The notes: a model not told the origin generated them from the sequence alone. DNA of 63,768 bases, filler included, from Octopus bimaculoides (GCF_001194135.2; 7 parts of 6 records of this genome joined end to end with filler, not necessarily neighbours in it); one strand, 5' to 3'. Positions 1-12,210 are shown, numbered from the whole stretch's first letter. Program-made: numbers and translations.

Positions 1-800
1 CAGTAGCCTTTGTTGTTGCTCTTAACGATGAGTCATTAAGAAGGTCAAGCAAAAAATTTTGAATATTCTTATAATTGTTTTCTGCTCATTTCAGTGCTGT
101 TGCTCTAATGCACCACCGAGTTGGACACACTGCTTGCAACATGATGACATTCTCACCACAAAGATTTGTCCATTGTGCTTTTCTTTTTGGTGACTTTTAC
201 AAAAATGGCATGTTGATGAACAAAGTTCAGTGCATCAGCTACAAAAGTAAACTTAGAACTAACTTCTTGGAGGACAAGGTCTGGAGAGTGGTTTCCACAG
301 TGTACAAAATATGTACCTGGGAACAAATTTTTCAATCGCATTTGTACATCTGAAATGTTTTCCACTCATGGTACTTGCACCATCAAATGAAAAACAGCAT
401 AGCTTTGAGTCAAGTGAAATGTTTAGGCGACAAAAAATATCTAGAAAAATCTTAGTCAGTGTATTCGAAGAGCAGTCAGGGGGATTATAAAAACCTAGAA
501 AATCCTCATTGACATTCAGGTCTTCAGAAACGTACCGGACAGTGATTGATACTTGTTCCATGCCAGAGCAATTAGTGGTACCATCACATATAATGCCAAT
601 AAATCTGGAATTTTCTACTTTTATTTTGATCTCATGTAAAATGTTATGAGCATATGCCTCTAAAATTTCATTTTGAGTTGTATCAGAGAGGAAATTGTCC
701 TGACGCTTAAACCACTGACTTACTTCTGCACTGTATTCTTCAGCAAGTTCCCTTACAAGATTTACGAAGTTTCCCATAAGATTTTGAATTTCTGTTGAAT
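1..800 (-). pseudogene. Degenerate hAT-superfamily transposase (DUF4371/ZMYM1-like), frameshifted
   Basis: ORF 259-807 gives GNFVNLVRELA..SDTTQNEIL..FIGIICDGTT..EQVSITVRYV..FSFDGASTMSG. A shifted frame continues VHCGNHSPDLVLQ and, near 100-140, VCPTRWCIRATAL. All are hAT catalytic-core motifs. Stops and frameshifts present; runs off the window start. Confidence 0.9.
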
Positions 801-1034
801 ACAACATGGCAGATGATTAAAAAGGGCAGACACAAGAAAGAAAAAATAAGTATAGAACCACGTATAAGGCCACTGAATTGTAACAAAAGAACTCTGGTCG
901 AACAAAAACCTGAAAAACAAATAGTGAACATCAAATAAATAGTGCTTGTGTTTTTATTGGCAAAACTAGCAACATGACGTCCCATCCAATATGCTTCAAA
1001 AAACGATAGGCTATACTAGAGCACCGTCTTTTAT

Positions 1035-1200
1035 TTGAACAAATCAACGCCAGGAATTATTCTTTGGAAGCCTCGTATTAATTCTATCACCTCTTTTTTC
1101 GAACCGCCAAGTTACGGGGGCATAATCGCATCAACATTAGTTATCAGGCGATGGTGGGGTGACATTCAGACACAAATACATACATTCGTATATATATATG
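1035..1200 (-). mobile_element. Fragment of tRNA-derived CORE-type SINE (family B, microsatellite-containing)
   Basis: Diverged match to the 3' half of the full copy at 37572-37955 (ttctttggaagcct..gaaccgccaagttacgggg). Confidence 0.75.
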
Positions 1201-1625
1201 CGTGCGTGTATGTGTGCTTGCATATGTACCTACCTACCTCTCTCTCTCTCACTATATATATATACATACACACATACGCACACACACACACACACATATA
1301 TATATATGTATATGATAATATACGGTAAAACCATATAACCGGAGGAGAGCTTACTTTACAGGTAGAGAAGTGGGTAAATATAAAGGCACTATCATGCTAT
1401 TAGCTGTCAGAAGTGAAAGTGCTCACTGCCTGCTAGTGAAGTATCTGTCTGTCTGCCTGTTGCTGGCCTGTCGATTCTTTGGCTACTGACAGCTAATACC
1501 ATGACTGGCCGGAGCGAGCTATATGTCTGTCTGTCTCTCTCTCTATCTATCTATCACTCGAAAGTTCGGACAGCTAATAGCATGATAGTGCCGACACTTT
1601 TTTTCTGAAACTGGTAAGATTATGT

Positions 1626-1708
1626 AGGGGGTGCAAATTTTGATCTTGCACCCCCTGAAAATTCTAGGGGGTGCAGGTGCACCCCCTGTTCCTGGGCCCT
1701 TGCACCTG
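1626..1708 (-). mobile_element. Probable left terminus of the hAT element with subterminal GGGGGTGCA/TGCACCCCC repeats
   Basis: Minus strand reads CAGGTGCAAGGGCCCAGGAACAGGGGGTGCACCTGCACCCCCTAG, a CAG-start GC-rich end of the kind seen in hAT elements, located upstream of the transposase. The partner end is outside the window. Confidence 0.55.
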
Positions 1709-1749
1709 GTATAATATATATCTATATATATACGTGTATATGTGTGTGT

Positions 1750-1910
1750 GTGAAGGAGTGTAGCCAAGTGGCTGGTGTTGCACTCACAATTGCGAGATCG
1801 TGGTTTCAATTCCCTGACCAATGTGCATTGTTTTTGAGCAATACATATCATTTCACGTTGCTCAAGTCCACTGAGCTGTAAATGAATAATTCTGTAACGG
1901 ACTGGAGGAA
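1750..1910 (+). mobile_element. tRNA-derived CORE-like SINE (family C), decayed
   Basis: A/B-box-like head (gtagccaagtgg..ggtttcaattccc) followed by ttgagcaatacatatcatttcacgttgctcaagtccactgagctg, shared with 30620, 36210 and 60050-60190. Confidence 0.7.
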
Positions 1911-2363
1911 TGTTACAGAGTTGGCAGAAGTTACAGGGAGACTCAAGAGCCGAGAGTTTCGTTAGTTGGCACTTATGAAACTGGTGATAAGTGTAATAAG
2001 TACAAACGCACGAAACTCTTGGTCCTTAAGTCACTCTATGAATTCTACTGATTATTAATAAAAAACGTATATAAAACTGATGTTTTGATTTCTTTTTCTT
2101 TTCAATTGCAAGCATCTAATAAATATATATTTTATTAGAATATAACACATATGCATGATACATATTTAATACAAAACCACATTAATAATATTAATCCAAA
2201 ACCGGGACAAAAAAATGGGATGAGTGAAACAAGAAAAGAAAAACAAAGGGAAGAAAAAAGGTAAAAAACACTAATTGCCTCAGTTGGTCGCACACTACCA
2301 AGGTTCAACACGTTGGCGGTATTACCACGGCGATGTTTCCCGTCTGTATCATCAAACCTAGAT

Positions 2364-2683
2364 TTGTTGTTGTTGGCACTCCGTCGCTTACGACGTCGAG
2401 GGTTCCAGTTGATGCGATCAACGGAACAGCCTGCTAGTGAAATTAACGTGCAAGTGGCTGAGCACTCCACAGACACGTGTACCCTCAACGTAGTTCTCAG
2501 GGGTATTCAGCGTGACACGGCTGACCTACAACAGAAAGAGTACAGCAGGGTTCGCCACCATCCGCTGTCGGAGCCTCGTGGAGCTTTAGGTGTTTTCGCT
2601 CACAACGCCCGGGCTGGGAATCAAAACCGCGATCCTATGACCGCGAGTCCGCTGCCCTAACCACTGGGCCATTGCGCCTCCAC
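2364..2683 (-). mobile_element. tRNA(Arg-like)-derived SINE (family A), internally deleted, 12 bp TSD
   Basis: Near-identical to copies at 29444, 35812 and 60978. (CAA)n tail. TSD tcaaacctagat at 2352-2363 and 2684-2695. About 70 bp internal deletion. Confidence 0.92.
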
Positions 2684-3786
2684 TCAAACCTAGATACATA
2701 TACGCAACTTGAAGAAAAGGACGGTCGCTGTGGGTGTGCGTAAAGAACTCTCCAATGAAATAAGAAAATATTAGTCAGCCGTAAAGCGAGAGAGAGAGGG
2801 GGAGGAGAGAGAGAGTGTTTGTTGGTGCGCTGTCGGTGGGTGGTATAACAGATAATTATTAAGTAATGCACATATGAGAGTATAGACGCTCCAAATTGTA
2901 TAGATTTGATCTGATTACCAGAGGATATGTTACCATTCAACTAATTCCATGTCGGAAGAAGGAATTCTGTAGGTGTGTAAAAGAACATTGTTATAGTTAC
3001 ATGCTTTTTCATTCATGCAGACGAGCTTTTAGCCTAACTTGTTTTTATTTCCCATTTTCTTAAACATCTAACAATATCATGCTCTGCCCGTTTGCCACGG
3101 TGGTAAAGACCTATCAATCCAAAATATATAGAGAACTATTTAATGAACATTAAATGAAAATTTTCTTCTGTAAATTACTGCATTTATGAATCGTTAATTT
3201 GTTCATGTTTCTCTAGCTAATGTTTGTATTGCTACCTTCGCTTTGATGATTATAAAAAAATTATGATATACCACAATTTCTGGTTTTAGTGTATCTGTAC
3301 TGTTTTTTATATTTAGTAGAGCATATCTATACCATATATTCATATTTATTTCACAATTATATAAGGAGTATGTTTAAGTGAATGTATGTATTTGTTTATA
3401 TAAGAAAATCGTATATATTAAATACGAAATTATTGCAGTCGTATTTAATAAACCAAGTCAATCGTTTCTTTTCATTTGATCCAATCCGATCGTAAATAGT
3501 CGTTAATGACAGGGATGATGATTGAACAGAAATTGATCTGGCTATAGTAAAAACTTCATCGTAAACGATTTTTCAGCTAAAAACGTTTACAAGATTTTAT
3601 TTTAAAGTAATACACACACCGGAAATATTGTTGCATTTCATATGTTGCTCTGCGGTGAAATGCTTTCAGTGTGATCTATTTCGTAGCGCGAAAATTATTT
3701 TTTGAACATAAAATATATGAATGTTGTAGAGATTACTTACTTCGCGGAATATCTATGGATCCAGCTAGTTATTATACTTTAGAGGA

Positions 3787-4000
3787 AGGCGGCGAGGTGG
3801 CAGAATGATTACCACACTGGACCAAGTACTTAGTAGTATTTCGTCTGCCACTATGTTCTGAGTTCAAATTCTGCCAAGGTCGTCTTTGCCTTTCATACTC
3901 TGGGGGAATCGATCAAATAAGTATCAGTCAAATAATGGAGTCGATGTAATCGATTTTCACCTCCCCTCAAAATTTAGTGGCTCTGTGCCAAACTTTGAAA
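3787..4000 (+). mobile_element. tRNA-derived SINE (family D, Meta-domain-like body)
   Basis: Head aggcggcgaggtggcagaat..gagttcaaattc, then ggtcgtctttgcctttcat..gatcaaataagtatcag. Many copies in the window. Confidence 0.85.
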
Positions 4001-4418
4001 CTATTATTATACTCCAGAATTGTAAGACATCTATGAGGTAGTTCTGCCGCCAAGAAATAACAACCAGATCCTTTCAAAAGTCTTATAAAACGTATTTACT
4101 ATATGACGGTGTTGTTACAGTTGGATCGTCTTTGATAATAGGTTACTGAATAATCTCATTGGAGTCACAACAATACCCAACCGCTCGTCACGATTTCTGT
4201 GTATTGACATGAATTCTTAATATTTCAGAATGTTTTTTACTCACGAATGATTTGTCTTCAATCATAAATTGGCGGAATTTTGGACCATGTATTCACCTAT
4301 TTCACCTTTAACTTTGTTATAATATAGTTATATAGTTTTATGGAGAAGATTTGTAATAACTAATAGCCGTCCTTTGAAGTCTTATACTTCTTTGGAAAGT
4401 GGTAGGGGAAGCAAAATG

Positions 4419-4459
<41 letters not shown>
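4419..4459 (+). repeat. Poly(A) run, 41 nt
   Basis: Direct read. Confidence 0.95.
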
Positions 4460-4461
<2 letters not shown>

Positions 4462-4889
4462 ACAATTTTGGGGGATTAAAAAATGTCAGAATCATATTTC
4501 CACTATGTAAAACACAGGAATGCTAAGACAAAAAATCCCTCTTGCATCTCACAATGTATGGGATTCCAAAAGACAATTATTCTAAAACTACACCAAAAGG
4601 GAAAAAAAGTCTCTGTCCTATCTTTTTCAAAGATAGTCTTTGGATTTTATTATTTTGAGCATCAGACATTTAGGATCCACAAAAATATTTTATCATAAGT
4701 TACTTTGAAAGATATTTTTCTAACCAATTAATTTAAAGTATTGTGTAAAGATTTACTATAGACATTAAAAATTGTTAATTACAGTTTTCATTGGACTACT
4801 GTTTCACAGATATCTTTGTAAATATTCTTTATCATTTACTTTCTCTTCTACTTCCATTTACTAATTATCTTTAGATTCCTTTATTACAA

Positions 4890-5253
4890 TGTTGGTTTGA
4901 TTGATAAGCTTCGAAGCCACTGGACGTCTGATTTCTACATCACTGTTTTGATTTCAGGATATTTGTTCTTTCAGGAAGAAAAAGACGGAAGCAAAGTGAG
5001 AATTGCAGTTGGCTTACCTGTCAATCTGGAAGGGTCACTCACAACGTGCATGTGCTCTGTCTGCTGCCACACCGTCTGATGCGACTGCTCTCGTACACTG
5101 TCCACTACCAGATGACTGTTCATGCCTCAGCAACCCCGCATGCTTGTTGTGGCCCTTCCGGTAGGACCTATAGGCCCCACTTCTGACAGGACATGCGTAC
5201 TCCCTCACTTCTGGTCCTTCCCTACAACACAGCCTGACTCCTAACACCACACA
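4890..5253 (-). mobile_element. Probable 3' LTR of the Gypsy element
   Basis: TG...CA termini. Purine tract AGGGGGAGG (5254-5262, minus strand) immediately precedes TG and follows the integrase. No second LTR is available to confirm. Confidence 0.55.
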
Positions 5254-5302
5254 CCTCCCCCTGATCTGAAGACCATTCAACCAACCTACTCATACCCTCT
5301 CC

Positions 5303-7535
5303 TCAACCCTGACCACATGCCTTAATTTGTCTCGTAATCAGCCAACCAGTGAGGAGGGCACCGCTCCCTCTGCGACTGGCATCGGTTCCTGGTATGTTGC
5401 TACCAGCTTCGTCCTCTCGTCCATTACTGTTGGCTCCATCCTCCGTCTTAGTGATGATCCTGCACACATCCAAAGCATGACGTGGCATGCCATCTACAGA
5501 TTTACAGAGGTTATTGTCCCTTTTCCCCATTGTGGTGTGCACTGTACAGTTGGGGGTTTAACCCATACTTCTTTCCCGACCTGCACAAAGGCATGCTCTT
5601 TCTCTTCTGCGGGTTGTGGCGATGTAGTACATGAATGTCTCCACTCATACTTGAATATTGCCCTGTGTGACACTGACTCCTCATGCTGTCCCAACCTGGG
5701 CCACATATACCAAAAAACGGCCTTGACTGGTGAGATGTGGTCCCTCTCTGCTATAGTCTTGATGGTGCGATGATGCCTCTCCACAACCCCATTGCCACTT
5801 GGCCAGTATGCCACCCTGAAGAAACAGCTAACATGCCACTTGTCAAGCATTTCCCTCAGCACCTCCGAGCAAAATGCAGTGCTATTGTCCACAAGCAGCT
5901 CATCCACGGGACCTCATTCTAGGAATATTTCATTGAGTATTCTTGTGATTTCCTTTGCGGTCCCCATCTTCATCTCCCTCCATATGGCCAACTGCCCTGG
6001 TCTGCAGTCGACCATATCCCCTGCCGGTAGTGCATCACATCCACTGCCAGTCATTTCCAGTTGTATTCCACTGGAATGCTTCGTGCCTCATACATACATG
6101 GTGCGAGGTCAATGGACTGGTACCTGTTGCAGATCCCAACTACTCTCTGCACACTCTGCCTGGTCACATCAGAGTCAACTTTCCTGGCTAGGAACAGTGT
6201 CTTGTCCACCCCCATGTGATGCATGGTATGCAGTCTCCTCAGCTCTGAGTCACTCAGTCGACACACTGCAGTCACTCTTGCTCCAGATCCTCCAGCACCT
6301 GCAACCAGGCTTTCTTTACTCTGGTCAGGACATCCACTCTATTCCTATCAGACGCCACAAAAACCACACTCAGTCTCAGGTCAAACTTGGCAGCTAGCTT
6401 ATCCAGAATTCCCAAATGCCGTCTTATCAGCATCTCTGCGCCCCCTTTGGTTTGCACCCTCCACTCGCCGGTGACCACTGATCCCACCCATCCAAGTACA
6501 GTGCCCGAATCAGTCTGGATCTCAATGATACGCAGCTCCCACCTCAGGGCCAGGTTCAGCCCCTTCAACACGGGATCCAGCTCCACCAGTTGATGTGGTT
6601 GCAGTCCTTCTTCCTGAGCCAGGCCACATCCTCTACCACGACACCTCCAATTTCCAGGATAACTCCCGTTGCTATGTTGCTGGCATCACACCACATGATC
6701 CCATCCTTCAATTTGGGCACATACCAGTTTCCTCTTACTGGGTCCTCCACAATCACTCTCTCCAAGACTTCTTGCATCATGGCAGTTGTCTTCTCGCTCA
6801 CGTTGTCACTCCACCTCACTCCTTCAGCTCACCTTTCCCAGGATGGTTTTGAAGATCATTGCCATAATCTTCGGTGCTGAATTTAGCCCAAATCCCAACC
6901 TGGTCAGGCAGTATGATCGACCCTTATACCTTACTAGCTGATATTTCCACAGTCTCTCAGCCACATGCAGCTGCAGGTATGCCGACTTCAAATCGACGAT
7001 TGTGGAGGCCCCTCTCATCTACCTCAATTCTCTCAAGGTTTCGCTGCAAATGTCCATGGCTCCACTGTCCATATGGCACACTACATGGTTGTTCAGCTCT
7101 CGGAAATTTAATACTGGCCTGACTTTATGCTTCAGTGGTAGCACTCCACTCTCCACTTCCTCCTTCCAAGGGATCAGAATGCCTTCCTTGATCCACCATT
7201 CCACCTCTCTCTTGAACCCGCTTCCCCTTTCAGTGTATGATGATAGCAGTCTACTGCATTTTTCAATGTTGGGGGATCTCCCTTCCAGTACCATTCCACT
7301 GTCCACTGCCGGCTGTTCAACACAGCCCGGTAATCCTTGTCTGTAATGGTGTGTGCAGCATATTTTTCTTCACATCTCTCACCACTCTCCTGTCACGGAC
7401 TCAAGGTGCATAGCACCCCCATATCACCAAACGTTACACTGGCTTCATTGACCATTACACCTCCCAAACGGACAATGGCATCCTCCCCATCATCACATTG
7501 ATTCCATGTACCACGCAGTCGATCACGATCGCGCG
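5303..7535 (-). pseudogene. Degenerate Ty3/Gypsy pol (protease end-RT-RNase H-integrase)
   Basis: Broken frames give RPVLNFRELN, IVDLKSAYLQLHV, YCLTRLGFGLNSAPKIM (RT); WCDASNIATG, DVAWLRKKD..HIN, ELDPVLKGLNLAL (RNase H); LHTMHHMGVDKT..C (Zn-binding); DNSTAF..SGNGVVERHHRTIK (integrase). Domain order RT-RH-IN is the Gypsy order. Confidence 0.95.
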
Positions 7536-7537
7536 CA

Positions 7538-7660
7538 TGGTTGGATGGTTTGACAGGAGCTGGCCAGCTGCTAGGGCTGCACCAGGCTCTGACTGTCTGT
7601 TTTGGCATGGTTTTTACAGATGGATGCATGTGACCACACTCTCTGATGTTAAATGATGAT
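7538..7660 (-). mobile_element. RTE-LINE 3' end fragment truncating the Gypsy 5' side
   Basis: catggttggatggtttgacaggagctgg..ggcatggtttttacagatggatgc matches the reverse complement of the RTE 3' UTR at 21600-21740. Confidence 0.7.
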
Positions 7661-7932
7661 ATATATACGTAATTAATATAATTGTTAGTTATGGCTTGTC
7701 AAGAAGTTACCATTGGTTTTGTACCTATAATGCTCTTAGCAATATAGGTAACCGTTAGACCTGCAGGCTGGATGCACATAGCCTCTTTACTACTGGAGAT
7801 AAGAAAACAGTCTTGGTCAGTCAGGATTGCAGGAAAAAAAAACTGAAACGAAATTTTACTGAGTTATCTCCCTGCGACCAGTCCTAGTTGTGTCCAGAAA
7901 CGCTCAGTATATGCACAATGTCCATTCACTAG

Positions 7933-8078
7933 TTAGACATTGAATATTTCCAATGCAAATTTCCTCTCATGAGGGTACCAGCTAAACACTTCACTCTTGG
8001 AACAACAATTCGCCTCTCAGAGATTTTAAAAGAGGACCCATGGTTGTTTAGATGTTGCTTAGAGGTGGCCTTGTATAG
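7933..8078 (+). CDS. Candidate internal exon of an unidentified host gene (LDIEYFQCKFPLMRVPAKHFTLGTTIRLSEILKEDPWLFRCCLEVALY)
   Basis: 48 open codons in non-repetitive, GC-richer sequence ending at AG|GTATGC. The acceptor is ambiguous (7932, 7936 or 8020). No recognised homolog. Confidence 0.4.
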
Positions 8079-8269
8079 GTATGCATATATATATATATAT
8101 ATGTAGGCATACTTTCACAAATGTACCCACCACCAACCTATTTTTCAAAGTGTGTAGATTACGATTATATCATAATTTAATATGAGAAAAATTTGGTGGC
8201 CATGCACACATGCATATTGATACGCATCACATGTATTTTTTTTTTTTATCTTTTATACTTATTTCAGTC

Positions 8270-8660
8270 ATTAGATTGCAATCATACTGGGGCACCGCCT
8301 TGAAGAACTTTTAGTCAAATAAATTGAACTTAGTATTTTTTTAAAGCCTGGTATTTATTCTATCAGTCTCTTTAATCAAACTGCTAAGTTATGACAATGT
8401 AAATGCATTAACACTGGTTATCAAGTGGTGGTGGGGGTCAAACACAGACACAAAGGTGTACAAACACACACGCACGCACACACACACACACACACTACAC
8501 CACACACACACACATATATTTTTATACGACAGGCTTCTTTCAGTTTCCATCAACCAAATCCACTCACAAGGCTTACATCAGCCTGAGGCTAAAGTAGAAG
8601 ACATTTGCCCAAGGTGTCATGTAGTGGGACTGAACCCTGAAACTAGAAATTTTAAAAACA
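8270..8660 (-). mobile_element. CORE-type SINE family B, near full length
   Basis: Matches 37572-37955, including the central (CA)n and cttgcccaagg CORE-like motif. Confidence 0.85.
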
Positions 8661-9605
8661 TTCGTGGCAGTATGTACGTGCTTGTGCTCATCATTTTTGT
8701 TTTTCATATCAAATTCTGATATAATTCTAATCTACTCTATCTAAAAGGTATTTGTAGAAAATTTGACCCATTTTTCTGACAGTTATGAGCTAACAAAGCT
8801 GACTCATGTAAGTTTTCTTCTCACCACTGGAAAAAATTTTGCACTACAAATTCCAATATAATTGGAATCTACATTATCTGACCTGTATTTATAGCAAATC
8901 CCATTAAAAGATATCCATTTTTCTGATAGTTATGAGGAAACAAACTTGGCAGGGGACATTTGTGTATGTATGCCTACACATATTATATGTGTGTGTATGT
9001 ATATATATATATGTATATATATGTATATATATATGTATATATATATATNNNNNNNNNNNNNNNNNNNNNNNNNNNNNNNNNNNNNNNNNNNNNNNNNNNN
9101 NNNNNNNNNNNNNNNNNNNNNNNNNNNNNNNNNNNNNNNNNNNNNNNNNNNNNNNNNNNNNNNNNNNNNNNNNNNNNNNNNNNNNNNNNNNNNNNNNNNN
9201 NNNNNNNNNNNNNNNNNNNNNNNNNNNNNNNNNNNNNNNNNNNNNNNNNNNNNNNNNNNNNNNNNNNNNNNNNNNNNNNNNNNNNNNNNNNNNNNNNNNT
9301 ATGATGGACTCTCCTGTTGAAGACAGGAAACATATGAACGCTAAGCTTTTGCCGAACAAGCTGCATAAATGATTTGTTTATAGTGATCAGAGGTTCATAC
9401 TGCACATTAGTTCAATCTTTCCATCAAATCAACGTTATCTGAACAGGTGCATGATGTACCATGTGTCAGGTGTCAAAGTGATTGCAGAGCAGTATGAGCT
9501 GAAATGTTTTGCTCAAGAACACAATGCACCACCTGGTCTAGGAATTTAGTAATTGTGAATACAACACACTAACCACTAAGCTGTGCACCCTCACACACAC
9601 ACACA

Positions 9606-10375
9606 TTGGGTCGTCCCATAAATAATGCAGTTATTTTATGCTTCTTTTATTTTTCAAAATTAAGATAAACAAGTTTCTTTTTTAATCTGAAATATACTCT
9701 CCTTCATTTTCTACAATGCTCTTCCATCTATCTGGTAGACTTGCAAGGCCCCTCTTCCAAAATTCACTTGTCCATAACAAAAAAAAAATAGTCCTCCACT
9801 ACTGTTCTGACCCCATCTACAGAATTCATATTTTTTCTGTCTAAATGATTTTGAAGACTGCAGAATAAATGATCATCAGATGGGGCAATATCCAGGGAAA
9901 ATGGTGGGTGGGGCATAGTTTTCCATTGAAACTGCTCCAGCTTTTGGAATGTCATCCTTGCTATATGTGACCAAGTGCTATTCTGATAGAAGAACACCTT
10001 TCATCTTGAAACCAAAGGTGGTCGTTTTTTCTTGTAGCACTGACTTAAGCCGCTCAAGCTGCTTGCAGTAGATCTTTGTTATCATTTGGTTTGGGTTTTA
10101 AAGTTCAAAGTGGACTAAACCTTTCATCTGTTGCCTTTATTGAACTCATAAAGCAAAATATGCCTAATATGCTACTTTGTCACTTCCATTATAGCTTTGA
10201 AAAAATAACTGTTAAAATCGAATTGCACTCTTCAAAACTTGCACTAAGAATAAGTACAAGGTAAACTTACTATCTGCTTTTATAGCTAGTTGATGCAGGT
10301 AGTTATCCCGTCCCCCTCCGACTTTTAGTTCATGTAATTGAAAAAAAAATCCTCATTATTTATGGGATGACCCAA
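9606..10375 (-). mobile_element. Internally deleted mariner transposon
   Basis: TIRs ttgggtcgtcccataaataatg (9606) and cattatttatgggatgacccaa (ends 10375). Remnant translation MKGLVHFEL..YCKQLERLK..HPPFSLDIAPSDDHLF..WKRGLASLPDRW, which includes the YSPDLAPSD-like motif. Confidence 0.9.
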
Positions 10376-10820
10376 TATAACCTGTGGAGTAGCTGAAACA
10401 ATGCAAAGTGTATTATGACTGGCAGCATATCACAACATCAGATAGAGTAGTTTATACTGTGATATATATATGTTTATGTAAATATATATCTATATATATA
10501 TATATAACGTGAGAGAGTTAGGGGTTGGGGGTACAACCCACTAAGGGATAGTATCTATCCAGTATACTGCTGGGAGGGTACCAAATTATTGCTACACTAG
10601 TGCTATACTAGGTGCAATCAATGGGAGCGGGTAAAAGTGGAGGTTTTACCCAAAATTTGTGTAACAATTAGAAAATGGAGGATAATATGCTGAACCCAAC
10701 TACTTGCAGACGGTGTATCCCGTTGAATTCATTAATTTAATTCATAGCAAAAGTGACAAAAGAGAGGAAGAAAAGAAAAAGAAAGAAAGAACCAAAGCAC
10801 AGGTGTCCATGGCAGACTAT

Positions 10821-10920
10821 NNNNNNNNNNNNNNNNNNNNNNNNNNNNNNNNNNNNNNNNNNNNTTAATTAATTAANNNNNNNNNNNNNNNNNNNNNNNN
10901 NNNNNNNNNNNNNNNNNNNN
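10821..10920. other. Artificial scaffold-join linker (44N-TTAATTAATTAA-44N)
   Basis: The identical 100 bp structure recurs with the 12-mer at 10865, 27638, 41798, 50182, 60560 and 62643. The 12-mer has stops in all six frames. Confidence 0.95.
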
Positions 10921-12210
10921 ATCTACGATGTCATAGATTGAGAATATACTCACTCGCTCACCTGAGCTTATTTTATAGTGAATTTTGATATGTGCACCTG
11001 CACTCGTGTATATGCCCTCACGCACATGCAGTGCTAATTCATTTCCTGTACTGCCCAGTCACCGACTGCACATTTTGGCATGCAAAGCAACACCGCTATT
11101 CAGACTTATCCGAATAGAAAATTGTCCCATATACACTTTAATGATCCTCTAATCTGATATGCAAATTTTACCTCAGCCATGCATTTCTTTCTTTTCCTCT
11201 CTTCCTTGTTTGTTCGTTTTCTTTTCCTGGAACCTCTCTGGAGGGGGAGTGATGTAGTGGCTTCATGCAGGCAGGCATGGCATGGATTTGATCCTTGATT
11301 GCCAAATTTCACTTAACAGTTCAACACATTTCTCATGGTAAAACAATAGTTTTTCTGTAAGTGATAGCAGTTACAATTTACCAGATGTCTTCACTAAGCA
11401 GAATAATGTCTTTGCCACTTGACCCTTCTAACCTCTGCTAGGCCATAACAGACCTCCAACGAAATCTATTGTTCTCAACAATATGTCTCTCCTTCTGGCT
11501 GGTTTTGCATAGTTATAAATACTAGAATTTGGTAAGGCAAAATCAGTTAGTGAACCGAGACAACTAGAACCATGGCCACAAGCAGGCAGCCACTAAGGAC
11601 AAACGGCCAGAGGGAGAAAGAAGGAAAACAATCAGCAACTATGAGACACAACTTACCTCGACTCTATAACTTTCACTAGCTCAATTTCTTTTCTCTTACA
11701 ACATCATTCTATCTCTATCTGTGGATTACTACTACAAGAACATGTACACACATACTGGCCGAAATTAACTTTCTTAATCTTGCATGCTCTTTCAATTATA
11801 TCACACCTGTCGATGCATGGCATTATGTTAAGTAATGGTAAATAAATATTTCTTTACAGCATTGATCACTTTTCTTCTTTCATCTTACAAGTGGCAAACA
11901 ATGCCTATAACACATCTCGTTACAATTGGTGAACCCGAGCTAAAGAATTGTGGCCTTCACCAAAATTAACTTTCTTAACCTCGCATGCTCTTTTACTTAT
12001 ATCACACCTGCCTGTCAAGGTATGGCATTATATTAAGTAACGGTAACTAAATATTTCTTTACAACTTCGGTCACTGTTCTTCTTCCATCTTGCACATTTG
12101 CAACAGCAACACCCAACTCGAAAGAACTTCCTTCTGATGCTATATGCCATTACAGAACAAAAGAAGAGAACCATACTCTCTTCTCGCAAGTAAATCTCCC
12201 AGAGAATTAA

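Noticed and set aside
4975-4995. 21 nt microexon EEKDGSK (ttctttcAG..GTGAGA)
   Set aside because: Lies inside the probable Gypsy LTR; such short matches are common by chance.
7855-7910. Type III hammerhead-like pairing (TACTGAG/CTCAGTA, GAAAC)
   Set aside because: No CUGANGA core and no stem I.
10865-10876. TTAATTAATTAA as a biological motif
   Set aside because: Always centred in exactly 44+44 Ns; artificial six-frame stop linker.
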